Source: an uncultured delta proteobacterium (GTDB lineage: Bacteria; Desulfobacterota; RBG-13-43-22). Taken from it: a stretch of 64,000 bases of DNA. The notes beneath the pieces are model-generated. The model was given only the letters and a program-made list of their open reading frames with translations, was not told where the DNA came from and did no database searches. Positions 38,921-47,456 of this stretch are shown in pieces. The stretch covers positions 128,001 through 192,000 of the forward strand of contig CAWBOS010000012.1 of NCBI GenBank assembly GCA_963790475.1. Reading direction: 5' to 3'. Each line of letters begins with the position of its first letter. Within the stretch, counting starts at the first letter, position 1. The position numbers and the translations under genes were made by a program.

Positions 38921-39107
38921 TTCACCGCAAAGTCGCTAAGGACGCAAAGAGATTTTTTTGAACAATCCCGTGAGAGGCGGGATTGTTCAAAACCAGCCCT
39001 GGCCTCCGGCCAAATCATTGCCCGCAGGGCAGCGAAAGCTTATTCCTTCCCCTCAGCAGAAAGGAATAATTATTTCTTCTTTGCGCCCTTTGCGGCTTTG
39101 CGGTGAA
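38921..39107. mobile_element. MITE-like element with ~30-bp terminal inverted repeats built of cgcaaag units
   Basis: ttcaccgcaaagtcgctaaggacgcaaaga ... tctttgcgccctttgcggctttgcggtgaa; internal hairpin ttttgaacaatcccg/cgggattgttcaaaa. Confidence 0.7.
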
Positions 39108-39148
39108 CAAAATCTCTTTTTTCAAACAAAATAACTGCCAAAAGGCCG

Positions 39149-41374
39149 TTAGGCCTTTTTGGCCTCAACCAGAACGGTCTTGAGGACCGCTGCCCCGCCC
39201 GGCGAATATTCATCCAGGGTCAGGGTATTGGGACACCCTCCCCGGTCAAGCCCCTCTTCGTCCGGATCGTACCAGGCCCCTTCGGTAACCGAAATAGCCC
39301 CGGGAACAATGCGCGCGGTGACCCAGGCCTTGATGGCGATCTTGCCGCGATCGTTGAAGACCTGGATTTCATCTCCGTCCTTTATTCCTCGCGCGTCGGC
39401 ATCCACCGGGTTTATCCAGGCCCGGTGGGGTTCCACCTCCTGCAGCCATTCCACTTTGAACATGGTGGAATGGGCCCTGGTCCGGGGATGGGGCGAAAGC
39501 ATCTGAAGCGGATATTTTTTTATCAAAGGATCGAAACGGTCCTCTTTGACCCTCCGGTATTTCGGTATGGGAGGGACATTTTCCGGGTCCCCGATATCGG
39601 CGGCCCGCTGGGAAAAAATCTCGATCTTTCCCGAAGGGGTTGGAAAGGGGTTGTTCTCCGGGTCCTCGATCTGGGCCTTGAAGGCCACAACAGGTTCCTT
39701 AAGTTTGACGCGGTGAACACCCTGGGCCTTGAACGTCTCATAATCCGGAATTTCTTTGCCTGTCTCCGGGTTTTTTTCTATAAAGTTTCTTAAATATTGG
39801 TCGTCAGACAGGGGGCGGAAATCTTTGATGCCCATCCTTTCCGCCAGGTCAGCGGCAATATCCAGGTCGGACTTGCACTCTCCGAGAGGCTCAATGGCCT
39901 GGTTGATAAAGGCATAATAGGGACCGGAAGGCCAGGGACGGGTGGTGTCGTTTCTTTCCGCCGGAGAGGTCACCGGCAGCAGGATGTCGGCATAACGGGC
40001 CGTGGGGGTCATAAACAGGTCATTGACCACCATGAATTCCAGTTGTTCATAGGCCCTGGCCGATTTGTTGGCGTTGCCAAGCTGATTCAAGTGATTGTTG
40101 GCGATATTGAAGACAAATTTGATATCAAAGGGATAGCCTCCGGCTTTCCCCTTGAGCATGGCATCATGCATTACATTGGTATGGACCCGCTTGACTAATC
40201 TCAACTTCAAATCCAAGGTCCCCCGGATAGAAGGGCCCCCGGCTTCAACGGGATTTTTCCCGGCAGGAATATTTGACCCGAAAAACATATGCCCCACCGG
40301 GATGCCCATGAGACCACCGGCCGCGGAACCTCCGGGCCGGCCGGTGTTCCCGGTCATGTTGGTCAAAGTCATGGCACAACGGGTGTATTGCTCCCCGATG
40401 GCCGACCGGGCCGGCCCCTGGCAGTCCATGAGACAAGCCGGTTTAGTGGTGGCGTACTCCCTGGCCAGCCTTTCAATGGTAGAAGCGGGCACAGCCGATA
40501 TGGCCTCGGCCCAGGCCGGAGTTTTCGGCTGGCCGTCCTCCTTACCCAGGACATAGGATTTAAACTGGTCGAAACCGATGGTATATTTATCCAGAAAAGC
40601 CTGATCCTGCAGATTCTCCCGGATCATCACATAAGCCATGGCGATCATTACGGCCGTATCGGTGCCGGGTTTTATGGGGATCCATTCGTCGGCGGCTACC
40701 ACGGCCGTGTCCGTGTATCGCGGATCTATAGAAATGACCCTGGCCCCGTTTTCTCTGGCCTTAATCAGGTGATACATGGTATTGGTCCCGGAGATCATAC
40801 GGGCCGGGTCCCATCCCCAAAGGATGATCAGTTTGGAATTCAACATATCTTCCCGGCTATGACCGACCATAACCGAGCCGTAGTGTGTCAGACAGGCCCA
40901 AACGGGTCCCTCAGAGGAGACATTTCCGTAACTGCCCGAGTACCCGCCCAATTGATTGAGGAGTCGGGCGAAGGCGGCACCCCCGCTGTGCAGGGAGCCC
41001 AAATAGCCACCGCCAGTGCTCAGAAAGACGCTGGAATTCCCGTAGGTCTTAATACAGTATTTCAGCTTTTCAATAATGGTTTCATAGGCCTCATCCCAAC
41101 TGATTCTCTTGAACTCACCCTTGCCTTTGGGGCCGATCCTTTTCATAGGATAGAGAAGCCGGTCGGGGTGATAGATGTAACGGCGAAAGGCACGGCATCT
41201 CAGACAGGCCCTGAGCTGTTCGTCCGGCCCGGCCGTGTCATCACCTTCTATACGCAAGACCCGGCCCTCCCGGACATGGAGCCTCAAAGGGCAACGTCCG
41301 CCGCAATCGAAGGCCGTTGTTGTCCTCACCGTTCTTATTTCGTTATCCATGGATTTTGCTTGACCTTTGTTCAT
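39149..41374 (-). CDS. DMSO-reductase-family molybdopterin oxidoreductase (DmsA-like), no Tat signal
   Basis: DCGGRC, RACLR, PDRLLYPMKR, ISWDEA, IDPRYTDT, KTPAWAE, TPSGKIE, INP-x-DA-x2-RGI-x-DGD. Confidence 0.9.
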   Translation of the reverse strand: MNKGQAKSMDNEIRTVRTTTAFDCGGRCPLRLHVREGRVLRIEGDDTAGPDEQLRACLRCRAFRRYIYHPDRLLYPMKRIGPKGKGEFKRISWDEAYETIIEKLKYCIKTYGNSSVFLSTGGGYLGSLHSGGAAFARLLNQLGGYSGSYGNVSSEGPVWACLTHYGSVMVGHSREDMLNSKLIILWGWDPARMISGTNTMYHLIKARENGARVISIDPRYTDTAVVAADEWIPIKPGTDTAVMIAMAYVMIRENLQDQAFLDKYTIGFDQFKSYVLGKEDGQPKTPAWAEAISAVPASTIERLAREYATTKPACLMDCQGPARSAIGEQYTRCAMTLTNMTGNTGRPGGSAAGGLMGIPVGHMFFGSNIPAGKNPVEAGGPSIRGTLDLKLRLVKRVHTNVMHDAMLKGKAGGYPFDIKFVFNIANNHLNQLGNANKSARAYEQLEFMVVNDLFMTPTARYADILLPVTSPAERNDTTRPWPSGPYYAFINQAIEPLGECKSDLDIAADLAERMGIKDFRPLSDDQYLRNFIEKNPETGKEIPDYETFKAQGVHRVKLKEPVVAFKAQIEDPENNPFPTPSGKIEIFSQRAADIGDPENVPPIPKYRRVKEDRFDPLIKKYPLQMLSPHPRTRAHSTMFKVEWLQEVEPHRAWINPVDADARGIKDGDEIQVFNDRGKIAIKAWVTARIVPGAISVTEGAWYDPDEEGLDRGGCPNTLTLDEYSPGGAAVLKTVLVEAKKA

Positions 41375-41522
41375 CTTCCTCTCCATAAGTTTTGGGTCAT
41401 ATCCTAAAACGGGATTGTTTACGGCAGGGTTAAAGATTAAACCAGGTTTTACCCTGAGTCAATGAAAAGAAAAGGCTTGTTGAATAATGGCTTTTTAGAT
41501 AAAAGGGGGTTAAAATAGGAAA

Positions 41523-42686
41523 ATGATAAATATTCATTCAAGCCAAAGCAATCGTAGCTCTAAAAGAAAGGGCAGGTGGGAAGCCTCTTATCGGACCCTC
41601 CTTGTTTTAGTAATTCTCCTTCTGTCCGCCTGCGCCGGCCGCCATCCACTGCCGCAGTTTTCGGTTGAACCGTTGCCCCGCTATGAGGCCCTTTTTCAGC
41701 GCAGTCAGGGATGGACCGGGGGTGATGGTGTTTTTTCCGTGGGACTCGACTCCAACCGGATTTTATGGCTCTTTGGCGACACCTTTATCGGTGAGGTCAA
41801 GGACGGGAGGCACATCGATGATGTTCTGGTCAACAACTCCATTGCCATTCAGAAGGGGAAGGAGCCGTTACCAACCGGGATAAATTTTTATTATGGTGAA
41901 ACAGTAAAGGGCAAACCTGAGGCCTTTTTGCGGCCTTCGGACGGGGTCGGCTGGTTCTGGCCTTATCATGGGGTGCGGACCAAAGACGGTCTGTTTCTTT
42001 TCCTGATTCAGGTTGAACGTACCGACGGGATACCGGGTTTCGATTTCAGGCCCGTGGCCACCTGGCTGGGCAAGGTCAGCAACCCGGATGATCCGCCCAA
42101 GAGCTGGCAGGTTTCACAGCAGAAGATTCCCTGGTCCGGAGAAAACAGGCTTTGGGGGTCTTCAGTTCTGGTCAAAGGAGAGAACTGCTATATCTTCGGC
42201 ACTGTCGATGAATCTTCCGCCGGCGTCAGACAAACCCAGTTGATCCTGGCCAGGGTACCTGCAGCCCAGATTATGGATTTCGATCAGTGGCGTTTTTTTT
42301 CTAAGGGGGAATGGGTGGACGAGGCCGACCGGGCCGAGGGCCTGAGCGCCAATGTGGCCAGTGAATTCTCGGTTTCTTTTCAGTCAGTCATCAATCAATA
42401 CCTGATGCTCTATACCCAGGACAGCCTTTCAAAATATATGGTTTTTCGTCTGGCCCCTGAACCCCACGGCCCTTGGGGCGCGCCGATCCGGTTTTACCGA
42501 TGCCCGGAGGCGGAGTGGGACCCGCGTATTTTCTGCTATGCCGCCAAAGGGCATCCTGAAATCTCTCTCTCCCCCGAGGAACTCATCGTCACCTATACCA
42601 CTAACTCAACGGATTTGGACTTGATTGAGTCGGACGCACGCCTGTACCGGCCCCGGTTCTTGAGGCTTCGGTTTTGGAGTCCTTAA
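41523..42686 (+). CDS. lipoprotein, DUF5005/DUF4185-like beta-propeller
   Basis: Lipobox LSAC; GWTGGDG-x2-S, WLFGDTF, GPW, YAAKGHP, YRP-x-F. Confidence 0.7.
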   Translation: MINIHSSQSNRSSKRKGRWEASYRTLLVLVILLLSACAGRHPLPQFSVEPLPRYEALFQRSQGWTGGDGVFSVGLDSNRILWLFGDTFIGEVKDGRHIDDVLVNNSIAIQKGKEPLPTGINFYYGETVKGKPEAFLRPSDGVGWFWPYHGVRTKDGLFLFLIQVERTDGIPGFDFRPVATWLGKVSNPDDPPKSWQVSQQKIPWSGENRLWGSSVLVKGENCYIFGTVDESSAGVRQTQLILARVPAAQIMDFDQWRFFSKGEWVDEADRAEGLSANVASEFSVSFQSVINQYLMLYTQDSLSKYMVFRLAPEPHGPWGAPIRFYRCPEAEWDPRIFCYAAKGHPEISLSPEELIVTYTTNSTDLDLIESDARLYRPRFLRLRFWSP

Positions 42687-42727
42687 GGTTTTATGGCAAC
42701 CGGAAAATTGGAAGAAGATGTTGAAGA

Positions 42728-42800
42728 GCCTAACAAGCGCCGGAACACGGATAGCCATCAACCTGCGGCTGTCGTCCATCGGTGAGACGTAACGCTGAAA
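42728..42800 (+). other. degenerate attC-like site
   Basis: GCCTAAC...ggtgagacgtaacGCTGAAA (R' degenerate). Confidence 0.45.
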
Positions 42801-42816
42801 AAAGAATGAGGAACTA

Positions 42817-43209
42817 ATGGAAATATATACATTAACTATTTCATTCCCATATGATGAGGATGATGTCCCTTGGTCAAGGATATTCGAGGTTAAGGAAGAC
42901 TGTACTCTACAAAATCTACATAAGTATATTCAAAAGATAGTAGATTTTGATGATGACCATTTGTATGAGTTTTACATCGGGAAAAATCCTAGAAATAGAG
43001 CTTATGCTGTTCCAAAGAAAACGAAACTAAATGAAATATACCCATTGACTGGCTGCAAATTATATTATCTTTTCGATTTTGGAGATAACTGGTTATTTGA
43101 GATCAAAAAATCAAGAAAGAAAAAAACAGAAAGTAAGCAAACAAAATATCCTGCACTAATTGAATCATCAGGTGTGAACCCAAAGCAGTATCCTGTTTAT
43201 GAAGATTGA
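42817..43209 (+). CDS. pRiA4b ORF-3-like protein, cassette-like and AT-rich
   Basis: TL-x2-LH-x2-IQ...FDDDHLYEF, YLFDFGDNW-x-F, YP...G-x2-P-x-QYP. Confidence 0.8.
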   Translation: MEIYTLTISFPYDEDDVPWSRIFEVKEDCTLQNLHKYIQKIVDFDDDHLYEFYIGKNPRNRAYAVPKKTKLNEIYPLTGCKLYYLFDFGDNWLFEIKKSRKKKTESKQTKYPALIESSGVNPKQYPVYED

Positions 43210-43212
43210 TGC

Positions 43213-43264
43213 AGCTAACCATGCAGCCGATCTCTTAACTCTCCGGCTGATTGCCATGTTGAGA
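43213..43264 (+). other. short attC-like site
   Basis: AGCTAAC just after the stop, cagccg/cggctg inner stem, GTTGAGA. Confidence 0.5.
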
Positions 43265-43590
43265 AGAGAGATCAATATGAACGACATCGATATGTCAATT
43301 CAATGGCAAGAAGGTAGCGGCGAGTCGGTAGAAATTGGTTTTCTAAATCCCAACCCGGACAAGCCGGAACCATATTTGAAATATTGTAACATTTGGTGGA
43401 TTCGTAAAAAGTCACCGAAAGCCTATTTTCGTCATTCCCTTGAAAAAGGGAATCCAGTGTTTTTAATAAGTTGAGAATAGCCTGGATTCCCGCCTCCGCG
43501 AGACCTTATGATTGAAAAAGAAAGGCAAGTCTCGAGTTTTCGGATATAGTCTTTTGTAGCAGCAAAAAACAAACCGAAAGGAGACTTGCC

Positions 43591-44657
43591 ATGGAACATG
43601 TTAACAAATTGGATTTTTCGGGTCAATCGATTTACGTAGGACTGGATGTCCATAAGAAGAGTTGGACCGTGAGTATTTTTTCGGAACAATGTGAGCATAA
43701 GACTTTTACCCAACCTCCGAAAACAGAAAAACTGGTCCATTATCTTAAACGCAATTTTCCCGGAGCGGCCTATCAGGCGGTGTATGAAGCCGGCTTCAGC
43801 GGCTTTTGGACTCATGATCAGCTTCGGGAGCAAGGAGTCCATTGTATTGTGGCCAATCCGGCCGATGTTCCGACGACGAATAAAGAACGAACCGGCAAAC
43901 GGGATCCCAGCGATTCCCGGAAGCTGGCCAGGAGCCTCCGGAACAGGGAATTGAAGGGGATATACGTACCGGTCCGTTCGAAACGGGAGGATCGCAGCCT
44001 GGTTCGAACCCGTCAGAGCATGGTGAGAAAGCAAACCCGGTGTAAAAATCAAATTAAGGCGCTCCTTTACTTTTATGGGATTAATCTGCCCGAAGATGTT
44101 GTTGACCGCCATTGGTCTCAAAAATTTCTTCGCTGTCTCGAAAATCTTCGAATGGAGCGGAGCAGTGGAGATAGGGCCCTCAAGGCCCACTTGGACGAAC
44201 TCCATCATCTCCAAGAGATCATCGCTTCTTTAAACCGGTCCATTATTTTGCTGTCCCGGGAAGCAGAATATCGCGAAAGGGTCCGGTTGTTAAAAACGGT
44301 CCCATCAGTACCCTGACGGCCATGATTTTCTTGACCGAGCTTGGTGAGTTGGCCCGATTTGCCTCTTTGGACAAGCTGGCCAGTTATGTCGGACTAATCC
44401 CCGATGTCGAATCCACTGGGGAGACCGAACATATAAAAAACTTAACCCATCGGCGAAACCCCCAGTTAAGGGCTTTGCTCATCGAAGCCGCTTGGGTGGC
44501 TGCCCGGAAGGATCCGGTCCTGCTCCTGGCCTTTAATGAATATTGCCAACGGATGAAGAAAACCAGGGCCATTATTAAAATTGCTCGGAAACTGCTCAAC
44601 CGCATTCGTTATGTATTAAAGAACCAGGTAGAATATGTTCCTGGGGTAGTTCAATAA
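43591..44657 (+). pseudogene. IS110 DEDD recombinase, frameshifted near 44302
   Basis: GLDVHK, YEAG, KRD-x2-D; KTVP then ISTLTAMIFLTELG in another frame; ASYVGL-x-P-x3-STG, ARKL. Confidence 0.88.
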
Positions 44658-44659
44658 TA

Positions 44660-45087
44660 ACTTGAAGAGGTGCTTCCAATCCGATAAATTGGCTCGTGGG
44701 CGTAAACGGTCCGTCATTCCTGCAGCTCATCGGTAGAGGGTGTCTGCTCTTCGCGAGACTCCGTGCCCACGATTTTAATATAATCAAGATGATGCAGCTA
44801 TCTGATCCAGATATGTCTGCTGATAGAAGGTTGATTTTAAAGATTGGTTCAGCCCTTAAGTTTGGTTTCAATTGCTCGACGGATCGGCTTCCGGGCTAAT
44901 CTCCTGCGGTTAAAAGAGAATAGCCCCAATTGGCCTCTTCATGGATGGCTGCCTGTTTCTATCGCAGGTAGTTCAGCCTCCTCAGGAGATCATACAGGTA
45001 GCCATCCATGAAGAGGTTTATCTTAAAAACCTTAAAAACCATTTAAAAGTCATTCTCTAATAAAAAAGACTTGCTTTTCAACATAGA
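44660..45087 (+). ncRNA. candidate bridge/seek RNA region in the IS right end
   Basis: ~430-nt non-coding end; cgtcattcc (44712-44720) and cttcgcg (44749-44755) match the target flanks; long stem 44934-45016. Confidence 0.55.
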
Positions 45088-45395
45088 GGAATGACGACGA
45101 AATATTCTATCCAAATTTGAGTAGAATTCTATTCCTAAGTTACTAACGGCCAGCAGTGCTGCGGTCATTGCGGAGTTCCGGGTACTGATCATGGGCAATA
45201 TGCATACAAGACTGAATGTACCATCTGTGGCTGTGTGTATGGAACAAATGGATCCGATATGCACGAAAGGCGATGTCCCGAATGCCAGAAAGGGGCTGCC
45301 GGGATAAAGTACTGGAGGACTATCCCCGGCTAAACGCAGGGTGACTACGGATATGGCCGAATCGATCAATCAGATAACCCAGGACTTTAATTTTA

Positions 45396-46940
45396 TTATC
45401 CAAACAATCCGCTTCCGCCCAGTTCATCCCACAGCAACCGAAACTCACGCCGATAATCATTCTCGGCCCGGGTGTTGACATCAAAAATCATAGTGGCCCG
45501 CCTGACGGCGTCATAGGACGGCCAGTCGGGAGTGAGGTCCGAATTCGGGACCCCGGTTTTGGCGAAGTTGGTCCAGACGGCGGCGAAACGGTCCACCAGC
45601 AATTTGCCTTCCCGGTCTCCGCAATCGTTGATGGGACCGCGGGGATCATGCACAGCCGCACCCACATCCACCCCATGAACGGCGCCGAATTGGCCGTTAT
45701 AAGATTTGACCGTCTTTTCCCACAGGTAATAATAAACAGGGGCGCCATTCTGAGCCGCCTTCAATTCCGCCTGTTTAATGGCGCTATAACGGAAACCCCG
45801 ATCAGTGGCAATGCGGGCCTGGATCAGGAACGGCGCCACCTGGGGATAAGTTTCCCGATAGAGTTTATAAACCCGGCTGGCATTTCCCTCAAATTGTTGG
45901 TCCAGATTCTGTTTGAGTTGAGCTTCACTGAGATCGAAGTTGGCCATGCCGATAGCCGCATCGTCCAGGGTCGTGCCGATGATGACCGGAATATGGGCAG
46001 ACTCCGGAGGTGCCGTTGGATGAAAGGGATGATGAGGCAATACCTCACTGCCGATGACCGGGACGAATCGTCCCACATCAAACCCCAAACTGGTCTGGGC
46101 AGCCAGGATTTGAGTGAAAGGCAGATTCTGCAATTGGGGGATATTCTTTTTGTCGATACCCAGCGCTTTTAAAAGGGCCTCGGTATTCCTGGTGGCATTT
46201 TCCGGTTCTGCCAGACGCAAGGAAGAGCCGCTTTGCACCCCGGCGCGATGAAAGAGACCTTTGGCCGAAGGCATGGCCAGGAGGGTGCTGGTTTTAGCAC
46301 CGCCTCCGGATTGGCCGAAAATCATCACCCGGTTCGAGTCGCCCCCGAAGTGTTCGATATTGGTTTGCACCCATTGCAGCGCGGCTACCATGTCCATGGC
46401 CCCGACCACGCCGGCATATTTGAACTCCTCGGGCGCCCCCAGGTCGGCCAGGTGCAAAAATCCGAAGGCGGCCAGGCGATGATTGACAGAGACCATGACC
46501 ACATCGTCGTGGCGAGCCGCCGGTTCCCCGTCAAATCCAAAGGCATTGCCGGAGCCCGTTACAAAACCGCCGCCGTGAAATATGACCATCACCGCCCTTT
46601 TGGCGCTGTCGTTGACACTTCTCGTCCAGACATTCAAGGCCAGACAATCTTCGCCGATGCCTCCTGGTTGCCTGTCCCACAGAATGAGATTAGTGTAATC
46701 GCCTCGTCGGTCTGCCGGAGTCTGCGGGCTGATTTGACCGTAATTGAAGGTGTCCTGAACACCTGTCCAGGATGCCGGCGGTTGGGGCGGCCGGTAGCGG
46801 TTTTTACCTTCCGTAGAGGCCCCATATCGGATACCTTTAAAAGTTTTTACGCCTTGGTGATTAATACCGCGGACCTTACCATATTGCGTTTCTACCACTG
46901 GGAATAATTTGGCTTCCATAACCGATGCCGGTGTGTTCAT
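45396..46940 (-). CDS. type-B carboxylesterase (PnbA-like)
   Basis: TQYGKVRG, FKGIRYG, EDCLALNVWT, HGGGF, FGQSGGG, AVHG; RBS aaggag before MNTP. Confidence 0.9.
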   Translation of the reverse strand: MNTPASVMEAKLFPVVETQYGKVRGINHQGVKTFKGIRYGASTEGKNRYRPPQPPASWTGVQDTFNYGQISPQTPADRRGDYTNLILWDRQPGGIGEDCLALNVWTRSVNDSAKRAVMVIFHGGGFVTGSGNAFGFDGEPAARHDDVVMVSVNHRLAAFGFLHLADLGAPEEFKYAGVVGAMDMVAALQWVQTNIEHFGGDSNRVMIFGQSGGGAKTSTLLAMPSAKGLFHRAGVQSGSSLRLAEPENATRNTEALLKALGIDKKNIPQLQNLPFTQILAAQTSLGFDVGRFVPVIGSEVLPHHPFHPTAPPESAHIPVIIGTTLDDAAIGMANFDLSEAQLKQNLDQQFEGNASRVYKLYRETYPQVAPFLIQARIATDRGFRYSAIKQAELKAAQNGAPVYYYLWEKTVKSYNGQFGAVHGVDVGAAVHDPRGPINDCGDREGKLLVDRFAAVWTNFAKTGVPNSDLTPDWPSYDAVRRATMIFDVNTRAENDYRREFRLLWDELGGSGLFG

Positions 46941-47168
46941 CAGGGTCTCCTTTTTCATGTGATCTCTTTTTATGTTACCCCGGTTGACAGAAACCTGCCT
47001 TGAGGTGGCTGAAGTATAGGTGAAGATTTTCCGGCGTGTCAAGAAATATTGGGCATTAAAATACAGAAGGGAAACCAATAAGAGGCGTATGGGGATGATG
47101 AGGTAAATAAAGAAAGCCCAGCCAACTATTAACGAGAGCTTAAAATAGGTTACATCACTGAAACATTT

Positions 47169-47349
47169 TTTCACCGCCCACTCGTCGGGATAAAAGCGGG
47201 ACTCGTTCGAGACGCAGAGAACGCAGTGATAAGATTTTCATTTGCCGGTGAGAGGCGGCAAACGAAAAAAGCTCTTTTTGCTTTCCGGCCTCTCACCGGA
47301 AAGCAAAAAATGTTCTTGCTCTGGGTCCTTTGCGGCTCTGCGGTGAAAA
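47169..47349. repeat. MITE-like palindromic element related to 38921-39107
   Basis: ttttcaccgc...ctttgcggctctgcggtgaaaa; shared gtgagaggcgg hairpin loop. Confidence 0.6.
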
Positions 47350-47456
47350 CAATCTATTTTTTGCTCCTCTTAATAGATAAAACAATTAACAGGCGAAACC
47401 TCTAATTATTCCTGAATCCGGCCGGGCTTCTTCTCTCTAAAAGCGAGACATAATTT

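Larger units (their letters stand above)
43501..45087 (+). mobile_element. IS110-family (IS1111-like) element inserted in a REP hairpin, no target duplication
   Basis: Flanks cgcctccgcg | ggaatgac rejoin to the intact REP arm seen near 62612; sub-terminal IRs tatgattgaaaa..gcaagtct / agacttgcttttcaacata. Confidence 0.85.

Noticed and set aside
44314-44316. TGA in the IS110 gene as selenocysteine or readthrough
   Set aside because: The continuation is in another frame, so this is a frameshift.
46941-47174. Hydrophobic N-terminal extension on the carboxylesterase (similar extensions at 15559, 29718, 39018, 6792)
   Set aside because: Better RBS-supported internal starts exist; extensions run through intergenic or repeat DNA.
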